In this document: positions 40,773 through 53,142 of the stretch, one piece after another | Layout of the letters: every line of letters begins with the position of its first letter | How positions within the stretch are numbered: position 1 is the stretch's first letter | Origin: Octopus sinensis | Taxonomy: Eukaryota | NCBI RefSeq assembly: GCF_006345805.1 | Contig: NC_043012.1 | Location: 10,416,001 to 10,480,000, forward strand | DNA: 64,000 nucleotides | Direction of reading: 5' to 3' | Notes under the pieces: generated by a model | What the model was told of the DNA's origin: nothing | Seen by the model: only the letters and a program-made list of their open reading frames with translations | The model's database searches: none | Translations under genes and position numbers: made by a program

Positions 40773-41075
40773 TGTCACAAAACGAAGAGAGCGGAATCGG
40801 GTCTATACATCTGTAAATCATTTAAAAAGTTTAGGTTCGAAATTCCGATACTACAAGTTTAACACATGACACATGAAGAAAGCTAAAACGTACAACTTCC
40901 GAAACGTAATGAAACCAACAATCAAGATGAGAACATAATATAATATCATTTAAACAATATACATATATATATATTGATAATAAACATATATATTGATTGT
41001 TGCAACAATATAAGCAATATACATGTATCTATTGATTGTTACAACATATTTAGTGATAGTATATCTATTAATAAT

Positions 41076-41381
41076 GTGGAGGCGCAATGGCCCAGTGGTT
41101 AGGGCAGCGACTCGCGGTCGTAGGATCGCGGTTTCGATTCCCAGACCGGGCATAGTGAGTGTTTATTGAGTGATAACACCTAAAGCTCCACGAGGCTCCG
41201 GCAGGGGGTGGTGGCGATCCCTGCTGTACTCTTTCGCCACAACTTTCTCTCTTTCTTCTGTTGGCCTGCTCGCTTAGCCAGCGGGGCGGAGTCACTTGAA
41301 GGCTAAAACAATGCGAAGTGCATTGTGACCAGCGATGTGTAGCAACATCTGATTGCCTGGTCGGTCACGGTGATCACGGTG
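41076..41381 (+). mobile_element. SINE C, full length with 15-bp TSD
   Basis: Head GTGGAGGCGCAATGGCCCAGTGGTTAGG...GGTTTCGATTCCC; tail TCACGGTGATCACGGTG; TSD ATATCTATTAATAAT at 41061-41075 and 41382-41396. Confidence 0.92.
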
Positions 41382-41849
41382 ATATCTATTAATAATACGT
41401 TAAGGTAATATGTAGATATTAAGATACGATTAGCTTTTAAAGTTACACAACACAGTCCAACTTGTATGCTGATTATATATTTTAGAGGGCAGCGGTTCTG
41501 ATGAGGAAACATTTATCAAATGTACAAAACGTACGGTGATGAATAGAGGAATGCAAGAACTTCGGATTGAGTTAGGTGGAGGTGAGCGACGGCACATTAT
41601 AAAGGGCAGCAGAAAGCATTTTAATATGAATAGAGAGTTTACTTGAACGGGTATCAAGGGCAAGCCGCTTATTAACAAAGGTATACCACTTGTTAGAACG
41701 GCTCGCAGAAAACACCACACCATGTTTAATATATTCAGGTGCTTAAGTCACACATTTGTATGTATGTATATGTGCATGTATGTATATGTGCATGTATGTA
41801 TATGTGCATGTATGTATATGTGCATGTATGTACGAACGTAGGTATTTAC

Positions 41850-42220
41850 GCTTTACTCTTTTACTTGTTTCAGTCATTTGACTGCGGCCATGCTGGAGCA
41901 CCGCCTTTAATCGAGCAAATCGACCCCGGGACTTATTCTTTGTAAGCCCAGTACTTATTCTATCGGTCTCTCTTTTGCCGAACCGCTAAGTGACGGGGAC
42001 GTAAACACACCAGCATCGGTTGTCAAGCAATGCTAGGGGGACAAACACAGACACACAAACATATACACACATATATATATATAGATATATACGACAGGCT
42101 TCTTTCTGTTTCCGTCTACCAAATCCACTTACAAGGCATTGGTCGGCCCGGGGCTATAGCAGAAGACACTTGCCCAAGATGCCACGCAGTGGGACTGAAC
42201 CACACAGCCACTCCTGTATT
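41850..42220 (-). mobile_element. SINE A with a deletion in the head
   Basis: Reverse complement of family A; GGGACTGAAC is joined directly to CACACAGCCACTCCTG. Confidence 0.88.
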
Positions 42221-42945
42221 TGTGTACGAACATACGTATGTACGTACGTACGTATGTATGTAATGTGACGGCTATGTGTATCTATGTAATATCCAATCAA
42301 CCAGATATCCGTCGTGAAGGCGAATATTTTAGTGATACACTAAGGAGAAAAATTGAAGCACTGATCACATTTAGGTTTTAAAGAGAATCAACAACAGTAA
42401 TTTTCTTATTATGGAGACGAATATAATTAAAATTTATATGATTGACAAAAAAAAAAAAATTTCTTAACATTTCAATCACATTTGTGAGTTTTAGATTTTT
42501 GTGCTGATCGTGTAAGTACAAGATGTACAGGTAGAAGTGTATCTATAAAGTAGGCGTTAATTACAAATGCTTCGTTGAAGATGGTGTCAATTACTCAATG
42601 AAAACTATTATTTCGGTATATAATGTGTACATTTCGTAATGACAATAACAAGAATACGCACAGAATGTGGGTTTAGTTTAATTATAGAGAAAAGTTATTT
42701 ACAGAAATATGATGATTAAAGCTTGGGTGTATATGAATTGTGTAATATCAATAGACTCCATTCTAAACGGTTAAAGATATTGCTGAGGTTATAAACGCAA
42801 ATAACGGCTTTGCCTCAAAGCGACTTACGAAAGCATCTCTTCCTTCATGATGAAAACTATAGCCATCTCTCTCGCCCCTCCTTCTCTCTGCGTACATAGT
42901 TATACATGTATATATATATATATGTGTGTGTGTGTATATGTATAT

Positions 42946-43000
<55 letters not shown>

Positions 43001-43026
43001 TATGTATGTATATAATATATATATAT

Positions 43027-43429
<403 letters not shown>

Positions 43430-43599
43430 GGCGAGAGAGGAGCGAATATTACTTGAGTTATAATAGCTAAGTAAACGATGTAGTTTAAGAGAATGGGATT
43501 AAGAAAATCGCAACGACCAAACTATTAATACCGACATTAAAACTACATTTATTTGCATTTATCATTCCAATGCGTCTGCGTGCTATTTTAGTTAGAATA

Positions 43600-46400
43600 G
43601 ATTTTATACTGAGGCTTCGTTACCAGAAGTCTCCTTAAATCTCAACTGTCTTTCTTGCAGAATGCAGTATCTTACTTTTCTGCAGATCGAAGATGAGTGT
43701 CTTAATTCCAACGCCATTCGCCTCTTTTGTAGAAGCTTCGTTGTGGAACCTATTATATCGATTACCACGAGAATAATTATCGTCTTTGTCTTTTGTATTC
43801 TTTTCATCATTCTGGCTAGGTGACGAGATTTTTCAGTTTAGTCAGTTTCTTTAGTATCCACTCTAGTATCATAGGGTATCGCAAAGTCTATAATCGTAAT
43901 ATGTTCATAATTCTTGTCCACTATAATCAAATCATGTCTTCTTGCTTCAGTAGTGTGGTCAACCATTAGGAGTAGAGGCGGAGAAACTCCACAATTACTA
44001 CAATGATTGTCCCCCATGACATTCTTTGGCTCGTATTCATTCTACTTTTCAACAAATTTTATTCCATACACATCCTAAACAGGTTTTTCACTTACGCTTA
44101 TGCCCGTACTTATTATCTTCATGCTAGAATACTGCTTTCACTTAAGAGCTGGTTAATACTTTAATACAACCCTGACTTCTATAAATCTTTGCTTTTATCA
44201 AATTCCTTCTCGTTCTAATGGCTTGCTCCTGATTATCGTTTCAACTTTTCTCTTTAGTTGTCTGCCGCCACAACTAAAGTTTTGCTCTTCCAAAATCCTC
44301 GGCTTGTGACATGAATTGGCCATGTTAATTCTTTTTTTTTTAGCTTCCTGTTCTGACACTCTTCCTTCTGTTCTCAATTTCTTCAACATTTTAAGTAACT
44401 TTTTTGGTTTGAAAAGACGCCGATCATATTTTTTTATCATTACGCCCGACATAGTTTTTTTCAAACTCGAGCTTGCAATGTAATGGTGTCTTTTACGCTT
44501 GGCAATCTTGTGCCTCCTTCCTTTCTTGATAGGTAGGGACCCTGTCATTATCACTTTTAGGGTGATGCACGTTTTAGATTACCAGTAGCTTTCACGCTCT
44601 ATGTCCTATACTTTTACCGTGTCCATTCAAAGGAAGGAGCAGAGTATCTTAAAACTTGTAAGGACCATGTATTCACTCCTTGATAACATTGCTTACTTTG
44701 GATTTTACTCTGAGCAACTACATTCTTCTTCTCTTGAAATTTGAAGATTTTCTCTCGCATTTTCCTTTCTACTATTTCTTTCTTGTAGTAAATTTAGTTA
44801 CTTGAATCCCTGATTATTTCTTAGTAATCAAGATGTCTTGTAGTAATTTTATATTTCGAAGTTCAGAATTCAGCCTTGCTTCATTAATTAACGCTGCATA
44901 TTCATTTACTCCAAATCTGTGTTCCAATATATTCGTATTCGCTGAATAAGGCAGCAAGCTGGCTGAATCGCTAACACGCTGGGTAAAACGCTTACCGGCA
45001 TTTTGTCCGTCTTCACGTTCTGAGTTCAAATTCTGCCGACGTCTACTTTGCCTTTTAACCTTTTCGGGGTTGATAAAATAAGTACCAGTTAAGTGTTGGG
45101 GCCGAAAGAATCGACAACCCCCACTTCCCCAAAAGTGCGAAAATTAAAATCAATATATTTGCTGAATACTATTACTGTTTGAATTAGAGAATCCAGGTTT
45201 TTACGATTTTCGTATTGAATTTGAGATCATCCTTAAAAAATAGTTGATTCATTTTCATTCCTCATTTTGGTAAATTTATATACAGGCTTGAATTTTCTCA
45301 GTATACTTGTCAGAGAAATTAACGTAATAGCAAAGAGTAATGAATAGATCAAGTCTCCCTGAAATATCCCGGAGTGAATTTTCATGTTTCTCAACGATTC
45401 ATTTGCGCATGGACTTCCAAGACATTGTTTTCTTATTGACTCAAAGCGTCTTCAGGCACGTCAAGATTCAGAAGTTTGGAACATTTCCTTAAGGCTTCTA
45501 GTCTCTCCTTCAAACAGCTAAATCTGACTGTCTTACTCGTACTTACTTTTCTACCCTACTGTTAATATACTGCAGACCAGCAGTTACCTTTGACTTCTTT
45601 CTACTTCCTTTTTGCTCACTAGCAATAAATTCTCTTTTCCCTGTTAATAACTCCCAGTCTACTAGTAAGCGTGTAATATGTCTATAATTACTGACTACCA
45701 CCCTTTCTTTTCTTTGTGCTACTGCTTCCACTCTCTTTTTCTTTTCATCATCCATGTTGGCTTTCCATTTTCTATACTAAAAAAAAGCATTCAGATATAG
45801 CTGTATATACTTGAGAGATTTTTATCAGAATCCTTCAACAACATGTGGTCTGAGGGCTTTCCAATTACGCATTTTCTTAAACATTTTTCACTTTCTTTTC
45901 TTTAATAGTTATAGTTTCTAGTTTTTCATCTATTTTCCATTCTACTTTTAAATTACCCAAACCACTCCGCTTACATATTTTGCTGTAGTCCTTTGCGCCA
46001 AATTTCTAACCAAGCATTCCTTACAGCTTCAGCAACTGGCAATCTTTTCTCTGATGTCCATCCACATTGTACAGCTGTTGGTGAAATTTCCTTTCATAGT
46101 TTCTGAACATCCAGTTCTGCTAGTTTTGATTTAAAACATTATGGTATTTATTTCGTTTTTACCTGGTATTACTTTTAACTTTTGATTATTTTTTTCTTTA
46201 AATACCTCTAATTATTTGTGTGTAATGATGTAGTTTCTTTGGAATCCGTTCCTGTTTTTTTTTTCCTTTACCCTATTCTTTTATATTATTGTACTATTCT
46301 TCTAAGATCTTTATTCAGCTTGGTTCTCAAGACTCTCTGTTCCCTGCATTTTCTTGATCTTAAACCCCCCAAATTTCCAAAGAAACAAGCACAGCATAGT
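43600..46400 (-). mobile_element. Decayed R4/Dong-like non-LTR retrotransposon (RT plus restriction-like endonuclease)
   Basis: Minus-strand pieces QNWMFRNYERKFHQQL, NYRHITRL, KIHSGIFQGDLIYSLLFAITLISL (RT QGD motif), EARRHDLIIVDKNYEHITIIDFAIPYDTRV (RLE PD..D-like). Interrupted by SINE B at ~44955-45140. Confidence 0.8.
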
Positions 46401-46418
46401 ATATGAAATCGTTTACTC

Positions 46419-46419
<1 letters not shown>

Positions 46420-46469
<50 letters not shown>

Positions 46470-46514
46470 AATAATAATAATAATAAGATAATAATAATAA
46501 GAAGAAGAATAGTA

Positions 46515-46550
<36 letters not shown>

Positions 46551-46564
46551 TAATAATAATAATA
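46420..46564. repeat. (TAA)n microsatellite
   Basis: Read directly. Confidence 0.95.
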
Positions 46565-46899
46565 AGTGGGGAAGCATCATAGCCATGTGTTAAGGGGGAT
46601 TCTTTGGGGTTTGAATAATTCACCTTTGGAAACATGGGTGTTTCGTTCAACATCCTTAAACAACCCTTATTCAGAGACCTTTTAAGTGGTATGGGTTACT
46701 CGACCAGGAGAAAATTCTAACTGAGCCCCACCTGCAAGGTCATGTGCTGTTTATCTTGATATGAGATCACCATGTTGCGCACATATGGTTGTGATGCATG
46801 TGCCTAGTGTACCCTTATCAGACGGGTAGTCATGATGGGTATACTGGGCTTCATATATTTTACCCCAGTGTCACTTTGATGCACTGCTCTCTCACTCAA
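46565..46899 (+). mobile_element. 5'-truncated copy of the TAA-bounded ~555-bp element
   Basis: Matches the 3' 60% of 47835-48388; ends CTCTCTCACTC then (AAT)n. Confidence 0.85.
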
Positions 46900-46945
46900 T
46901 AATAATAATAACGATGATGACTAATAATAATAATAATAATAATAA

Positions 46946-47316
46946 CAACACACAATGAGGCATACTCAGTGTCGACTCTGCAATAACAAACTGGAGAGTA
47001 GGGACCACATTTTTGCCGGTTGCTCAGTTCTTGCTCCTACAGAATGACATCAGGCATGACCGATTGGCCAATACTTACACTGGAGCGTATGCCGTTACTA
47101 TGATAACTCGCACACTAAGAAATGGTATAAATATCATCCACAGCCAGTCACTGGGAGAGAGAATTTTACCATCCTATGGGATGATTGGGATACATACAGA
47201 CAGGCAAATAAATGAAAACAGACCAGACATCGTCATCAAAGAATGAGACAGAAACATGCCTGTTAATTGATATGACAGTGCCTACTAGTAGAAACATCTC
47301 GACAAAGGAATTTGAA
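46946..47316 (+). mobile_element. R4/Dong-like C-terminal (CCHC plus RLE) fragment
   Basis: RLCNNKLESRDHIFAGCSVLAPT, RHDR, HWSVCRYY, IHTDRQINENRPDIVIKE, LLIDMTVP. Confidence 0.85.
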
Positions 47317-47791
47317 ATACGTATTTGCTACTACTAAATAGGGCCTAGATATCTCAATCTCAAACTCCTTATATTTCCACAGCTTTTCAAATTCATTTGT
47401 TGAGATGTTTCTATTAGTAGGCATTGCCATATCAACATGCATTTTTGGGAGGCATAGGTCTTTGATGACGATGTCTGGTCGGTTATCATTTATTTGCCTA
47501 TCTGTATGTATCCTATAATCCCATTGGGTAGTAAGATTCTCTCCCTTAGTAATTGTCTCTGGATGGGGTTCATACCATTTTTAGGGTGCAGGATATCATA
47601 GTGACAGCATAAACTCCAGTGCAAATATTAGCCAACCCGATTCTGTAGGGACGAGGACTGAGCAACCGGATATAATGTGGTCAATACTTTCCAGTTTGTC
47701 ATTGCAGAGTCTACATTTTGTGTCTACTACATTGTGTATGATATTAGCTGGACGCTCTCGAGTGAGGAGACCCTGATCTTGTACCGCTAAG

Positions 47792-47792
<1 letters not shown>
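47317..47792 (-). mobile_element. Second R4/Dong-like CCHC plus RLE fragment, opposite orientation
   Basis: Minus strand AVQDQGLL, CRLCNDKLESIDHIISGCSVL, IHTDRQINDNRPDIVIKD, EFEKLWKYKEFEIEI. Confidence 0.85.
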
Positions 47793-47826
<34 letters not shown>

Positions 47827-47834
47827 GTAATAAT

Positions 47835-48415
47835 AAATGCCCTGATGCAGTGCCAGGCAGTGGCTCTCATGGCTTCTGATCTCAACTGATTGGAAGTGTT
47901 ATCATGTTCGTTGTTTTGTCTTGGTATAAAAGATGGGCTGCAGCAAATATTCTGCTCAATACCACAGATTTGCTTGTCAGTTGTTTGACCCTAACCAGTT
48001 GAGCATGTTCCTTGGTGGCTGATGATATGTGCATCTCTAATCACGAACAGAAGTAGTGGGGGAGCATCATAGCCATGTGTTGTGAGGGATTCTTTGGGGT
48101 GAATAATTCACCTCTGGAAACATGGGTGTTTCGTTCAACATCCTTAAACAACCCTTATTCAGGGACTTTTTGAGCGGGATGAGTTACTCAACCAGAAGAA
48201 AATTCTAACTGGGCCCCACCTGCAAGGTCATGTGCTGTTTATGTTGATATGAGATTACCATGTCGCGCACATATGGTTGTGATGCATGTGCCTAGTGTAC
48301 CCTTAGACGGGTAGTCATGAGGGATATACTGGGCTTCGTATATTTTACCCCAGCGTCACTTTGATGGCATGCACTGCTCTCTCACTCAATAATAATGATG
48401 ATAATAATAATAATA

Positions 48416-48455
<40 letters not shown>

Positions 48456-49018
48456 GTAATAATAAATGCCCTGATGCAGTGCCAGGCAGTGGCTCTCATG
48501 GCTTCTGATCTCAACTGATTGGAAGTGTTATCATGTTCGTTGTTTTGTCTTGGTATAAAAGATGGGCTGCAGCAAATATTCTGCTCAATACCACAGATTT
48601 GCTTGTCAGTTGTTTGACCCTAACCAGTTGAGCATGTTCCTTGGTGGCTGATGATATGTGCATCTCTAATCACGAACAGAAGTAGTGGGGGAGCATCATA
48701 GCCATGTGTTGTGAGGGATTCTTTGGGGTTGAATAATTCACCTCTGGAAACATGGGTGTTTCGTTCAACATCCTTAAACAACCCTTATTCAGGGACTTTT
48801 TGAGCGGGATGAGTTACTCAACCAGAAGAAAATTCTAACTGGGCCCCACCTGCAAGGTCATGTGCTGTTTATGTTGATATGAGATTACCATGTCGCGCAC
48901 ATATGGTTGTGATGCATGTGCCTAGTGTACCCTTAGACGGGTAGTCATGAGGGATATACTGGGCTTCGTATATTTTACCCCAGCGTCACTTTGATGGCAT
49001 GCACTGCTCTCTCACTCA
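47835..49018 (+). mobile_element. Two tandem, almost identical copies of the TAA-bounded element (47835-48388, 48464-49018); period 629-630 bp
   Basis: Both start AAATGCCCTGATGCAGTGCCAGG. The only body difference I could see is GGGGTGAA versus GGGGTTGAA. Confidence 0.92.
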
Positions 49019-49045
49019 ATAATAATGATGATAATAATAATAATA

Positions 49046-49084
<39 letters not shown>

Positions 49085-49118
49085 TAAAAATGATAATGAT
49101 AATAATATCTGTCTGAAT

Positions 49119-49391
49119 ACTACATATGTAATATTTTAATAAACAAGTTTGCGAGTTACGGAGAGAAAGCTACTATGGAAGGCTCATGGTATAATAACTG
49201 CACAATAACTGTTTATAATATATATCATAATGATATTTAATCTCCGATTTTAAAGCGACAATTTTTAAATATACACAAATGACCCAAAATGATGAGCTAA
49301 TGATATTATACTATGAGCCTTCCCTAGTAGATTTCTCTTCGTAACCCGCAAAACCTATCGGGTTTAGTTATTAAAATATTATTTATGTAGT
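49119..49391. mobile_element. MITE with long (~75-85 bp) TIRs
   Basis: TAATATTTTAATAA...TTTGCGAGTTACGGAGAGAAAGCTACTATGGAAGGCTCATGGTATAATA versus TATTATACTATGAGCCTTCCCTAGTAGATTTCTCTTCGTAACCCGCAAA...TTATTAAAATATTA. Confidence 0.85.
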
Positions 49392-49416
49392 CATATATAT
49401 ATATATATATATATAT

Positions 49417-49800
49417 GGAAGCACTCCGTCGGTTACGACGACGAGGGTTACGGTTGATCCGAATCAACGGAACAGCCTGCTCGTGAAGTTAACGTGTAAG
49501 TGGCTGAGCACTCCACAGACACGTGTACCCTTAACGTAGTTCTCGGGGATATTCAGCGTGACACAGAGAGTGACAAGGCCGCCCCTTTGAAATACAGATA
49601 CAACAGAAACAGGAAGAGAGAGTGAGAGAAAGTTGTGGTGAAAGAGTACAGCAGGGATCACCACCATCCCCTACCGGAGCTCGTGGAGCTTTAGATGTTT
49701 TCGCTCAATAAACACTCACAACGCCCGGTCTGGGAATCGAAACCGCAATCCTATGACCGCGAGTCCGCTGCCCTAACCACTGGGTCATTGCGACTCCACA
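49417..49800 (-). mobile_element. SINE C with an alternative LINE-like 3' tail
   Basis: Head as at 41076; tail ...GGATCAACCGTAACCCTCGTCGTCGTAACCGACGGAGTGCTTCC differs from the 41076 tail. Confidence 0.88.
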
Positions 49801-49841
49801 TATATATATATATAATATATATATATATAATATATATATAA

Positions 49842-49877
<36 letters not shown>

Positions 49878-50844
49878 TGTATAAACAGTCAGTGTGTGTC
49901 ATCTCATATTTATGATCTAACCACTAATATTCCCTGTTATCTCATCAGAAGGTTTGTCATCCAATTTCAGGTGTACACCGATAGATTTATATAAGTAACA
50001 GTGATAGAACTAATATATTAAGTATATATATATGTATTATATATGTGTGTGTATGAGTGAGTGTTATATGCATGTGTGCAAGTATGTACAGCTTGATACA
50101 GGCACACACGCATACACGCACGCATGCATATATATAACTATATAAGAGTCGCAAAAATATATGTACGTCTCGACGCATAGCTCCGAGATTTCAACAATTC
50201 GCAAGAGTTTTGCAGAATGATATATTTTCGATATAAGAACTCTGTATTTCTGTAATCAATATAGCGCTTTTCTATATCTTAATTTTAAATAACATTTTTA
50301 TTGTTATTCTCTGAGAATAAAACAGTTTACTATAATAAAGTTTTCACACGCAAAAACGCCCGTAATTGAATTTTCGCTATTTCAACATTTTATGCAGAAT
50401 ACTGGCTTTAACTGATAGCATTACTGATGTGTGGAAACCAATAAATTTTAGATTTACAAGTGTTATGTTACCCACTGATAACAGTACAACGTGGATGTAT
50501 TTAATTTATACAAGTGTGTCCAATAATAACATGAATCATGTTCGAAGAAATTATATAGACTATACATATATATATTCTAATATATATTCCACAGAAAAGA
50601 TCCAGAGATTCGTGGCACTGAATATACTTAGGAGTGGTCAATGATTCAAACTTAGACCCCGATGTCTTTACGTGGGATCACTTCCACAGGGTGAAGATTG
50701 GATATAAGAGAGATCAAATTTGTAAAATTGCGTCTGTATTTTAATAAATGGGTAACCAATGTTTCTCAGTGTGCGGCGTTATACTAATACATCTGTTTGT
50801 TTTGTACACCACCTGTCTTCGTCTTTTTTTTCGTAAACTCTCCC

Positions 50845-50882
<38 letters not shown>

Positions 50883-50913
50883 ATATATATATATGTCTAT
50901 ATATATATATGAT

Positions 50914-51130
50914 GTGGAGCGAAAACACCTAAAGCTCCACGAGGTTCTGGCAGGAATGGGGGGAGGTCCCTGCTGTACTCTTTCGCCACGACTTTCTCTC
51001 ATTCTTTCTTCTGTTGGTCTGCTCGCTCAGCCAGCGGGATGGCGTTATTTGAAGGCTAAAACAATGCGAAGCACATTGTGACCAGCGATGTGTAGCAACA
51101 TCTGATAGTCTGAGCGGTCACGTGATCACA
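50914..51130 (+). mobile_element. SINE C with the head deleted
   Basis: TGTGGA joined to GCGAAAACACCTAAAGCTCC; tail as at 41076. Confidence 0.85.
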
Positions 51131-51173
<43 letters not shown>

Positions 51174-51564
51174 ACTTATAAACAAGGGCAAAGAAAAAAA
51201 TTCTAATGCCTAATATGCCGAAACTAGACGATGCGTCTAGTTTATAAATTTAACCTTTAAAGGTAATTTTTAATATGCTGGCCAAATTTTCAAAAAATGT
51301 TATTCTATATTATATATATATATAGGAAAGCAGATTTGAGAATGCAGAGGTATTTTTAAAATGTATATTGACTTGACCGGTTTCACTTTTTTAAAACAAG
51401 ATTTTCAAACGTAAAATGTAAAGCTTTCTATAAACTTTGTAGTTTTAAAATAATGGTTACCATAGTAGTATTAAAATACAGTTATACAGTCTTTGATAAT
51501 GATAAGAAAATGTTAAGAAATATAATCTTTGACAATGATAAAAAGATATTCAGTATAAAAGGGG

Positions 51565-51738
51565 TCGATACAGCTTGGCACCTGTGACGTCGCGACTCAT
51601 TTCTACAGCTGGGTGAACTGGAGCAACGTGAAATAAAGTGTCTTGCTCAAGAACACAACACGCAGCCCCATCCGGGATTCATACTCACTACCTCACGATC
51701 GTAAGCTCCACGCTCTAACCACTGAGCCATGCGCCTTC
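51565..51738 (-). mobile_element. SINE D, 5' half
   Basis: CTCTAACCACTGAGCCATGCGCCT and AAATAAAGTGTCTTGCTCAAGAACAC are reverse complements of 29795. Confidence 0.82.
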
Positions 51739-52189
51739 ACTGGTCAAGTCAATAAACATCTTTAAAAGACCTTTGCATTTTCAAATTATCTTCCCTATAT
51801 ATTTTCACTCGTGCGATACCTTGCAAGTTTACTTTGTTTTATAGATATATATGGTAGTTTGTTCCTGTCCGGCGGTCATGAACAAGAGCGGTATGCCCTT
51901 AAGTGGCTATATAAACCGATCCTTGACGCTTCAGGGTTTTCCTTACTGTATGCACTCAAAGTGTGTGTGGGGGGTGTTTGTTCTGCGAAACCTGATTCCA
52001 CCCTTTAGACAATAATTCCTAGCGGTTGAGCAGACTAAGACGGTTGCTGTGACAAACAAGTTATTGGTTTTACATTGGAGAAATCTTCTCTCGGGTGAAT
52101 TGCCTCACAGGCTACAAAGCTCCACCAATCTTGGAGTTCTGGGAAAATTGCCAAAGTGTGCACCGAGGGACTTTACTCTTTACTCAAGT

Positions 52190-52778
52190 TTTGCATTCGG
52201 TACAATTTTGTTTATTTTAGTAGTTTTGACCGCAAGGGTCCCTCCTAGCGTGCGGTATCTATGAATAGTAGTACCCTCTATTAATATAAATAAATATTTT
52301 CAAAGTGGAAAAATTTACGCATTTTTTCTCTTACGAGGTTTTTCACGCTAACTACTGATAATTTCTTATAAAGATTTTATCCTCAATTTTAAATTTATAT
52401 TTTTCACCGGAATAGTTCAATACTGAATTTTTGTTCCGAGTAAGCAATTTGGTACCGAAATGCATTGCGAATAATTCGCCATTTTCATAGATATGTAAAG
52501 ATAAACATTCGTACATGCTACGACGAATTCTACGGTTGGCTGTCGGGTTTGTAATGTTATGTTTTTTCTTATATGTCTTGAGTTTGTTGCACTGATGAGC
52601 ATAGAATGCATATTCTGCATTAATTGCGAAATCACAGGTGATATGTAACTAAATCCTTTTTTTAAATGACTTGCTTTGAATTTTTGCATTCGGTAAAATT
52701 TTGTTTATTTTAGTTTTGACCGCAAGGGTCCCTCCTAGCGTGCGGTATCTATGAATTGTAGTACCCTCTATTAATATA
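52190..52778 (+). mobile_element. Retrozyme-like / non-autonomous PLE-like unit: 490-bp period, ~95-bp terminal direct repeats, internal hammerhead, no ORF
   Basis: TTTGCATTCGGTA.AATTTTGTTTATTTTAG(TAG)TTTTGACCGCAAGGGTCCCTCCTAGCGTGCGGTATCTATGAAT.GTAGTACCCTCTATTAATATA at 52190-52288 and 52683-52778. Confidence 0.7.
52586..52649 (+). ncRNA. Type I hammerhead ribozyme, canonical core; predicted cleavage after A52643
   Basis: Stem I GUUGCA(52586-91)/UGUAAC(52644-49); CUGAUGA (52592-98); stem II GCA...UGC with inner AGAAU/AUUCU hairpin; GAAA (52628-31); stem III A-UCA-CAGG-UGA-U; H17 = A. Confidence 0.85.
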
Positions 52779-52792
52779 TATATATATATAGA

Positions 52793-53032
52793 GGAGGCGC
52801 GTGGCTTATTGGTTAGGGTGTTGAACTCATGATCGTAAGGTGGTGGCTTCGATTCCTGGACCGGATGATGTGTTGTGTTCTTGAGCAAAGCACTTCATTT
52901 TCACGTTGCTCCAGTCCACTCAGCTGGCAAAACTGAGTAATCCTGCGATGGACCGGCGTCCCGTCCAGGTGGGTAATTTCTCCGCCACTGAAACCGTGAA
53001 ACCGGCCCTTATGAGTCTGGCATGACTCGAGA
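52793..53032 (+). mobile_element. SINE D
   Basis: GGAGGCGCGTGGCTTATTGGTTAGGG...GCTTCGATTCCTGG; TGTGTTCTTGAGCAAAGCACTTCATTTTCAC. Confidence 0.85.
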
Positions 53033-53038
53033 AGGAGC

Positions 53039-53094
<56 letters not shown>

Positions 53095-53106
53095 ATATAT
53101 ATATAT

Positions 53107-53142
<36 letters not shown>

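Larger units (their letters stand above)
39969..40930. repeat. Diverged ~100-bp inverted repeat pair (39969-40068 / 40834-40930), each with a hammerhead relic
   Basis: CATCTTGATTGTTG...TGTGTTAAACT...GAATTTTGAACC versus its reverse complement at 40834-40930. Confidence 0.7.

Noticed and set aside
41498-41524. CTGATGA-G-GAAA-CATTT-ATC-AAATG-TA: hammerhead core with a perfect stem III
   Set aside because: Only one base between CUGAUGA and GAAA (no stem II) and no stem I pairing; not a viable ribozyme as written.
43600-46420. Claim that the long R4-like copy is itself TAA-targeted
   Set aside because: Its 3' end has no TAA array and its 5' flank reads TTA on the sense strand; the adjacency may be secondary.
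47835-49018. CRISPR-like repeat/spacer reading of TAA arrays separated by unique sequence
   Set aside because: Eukaryotic context, spacers are identical 555-bp copies, and the repeats are microsatellites.
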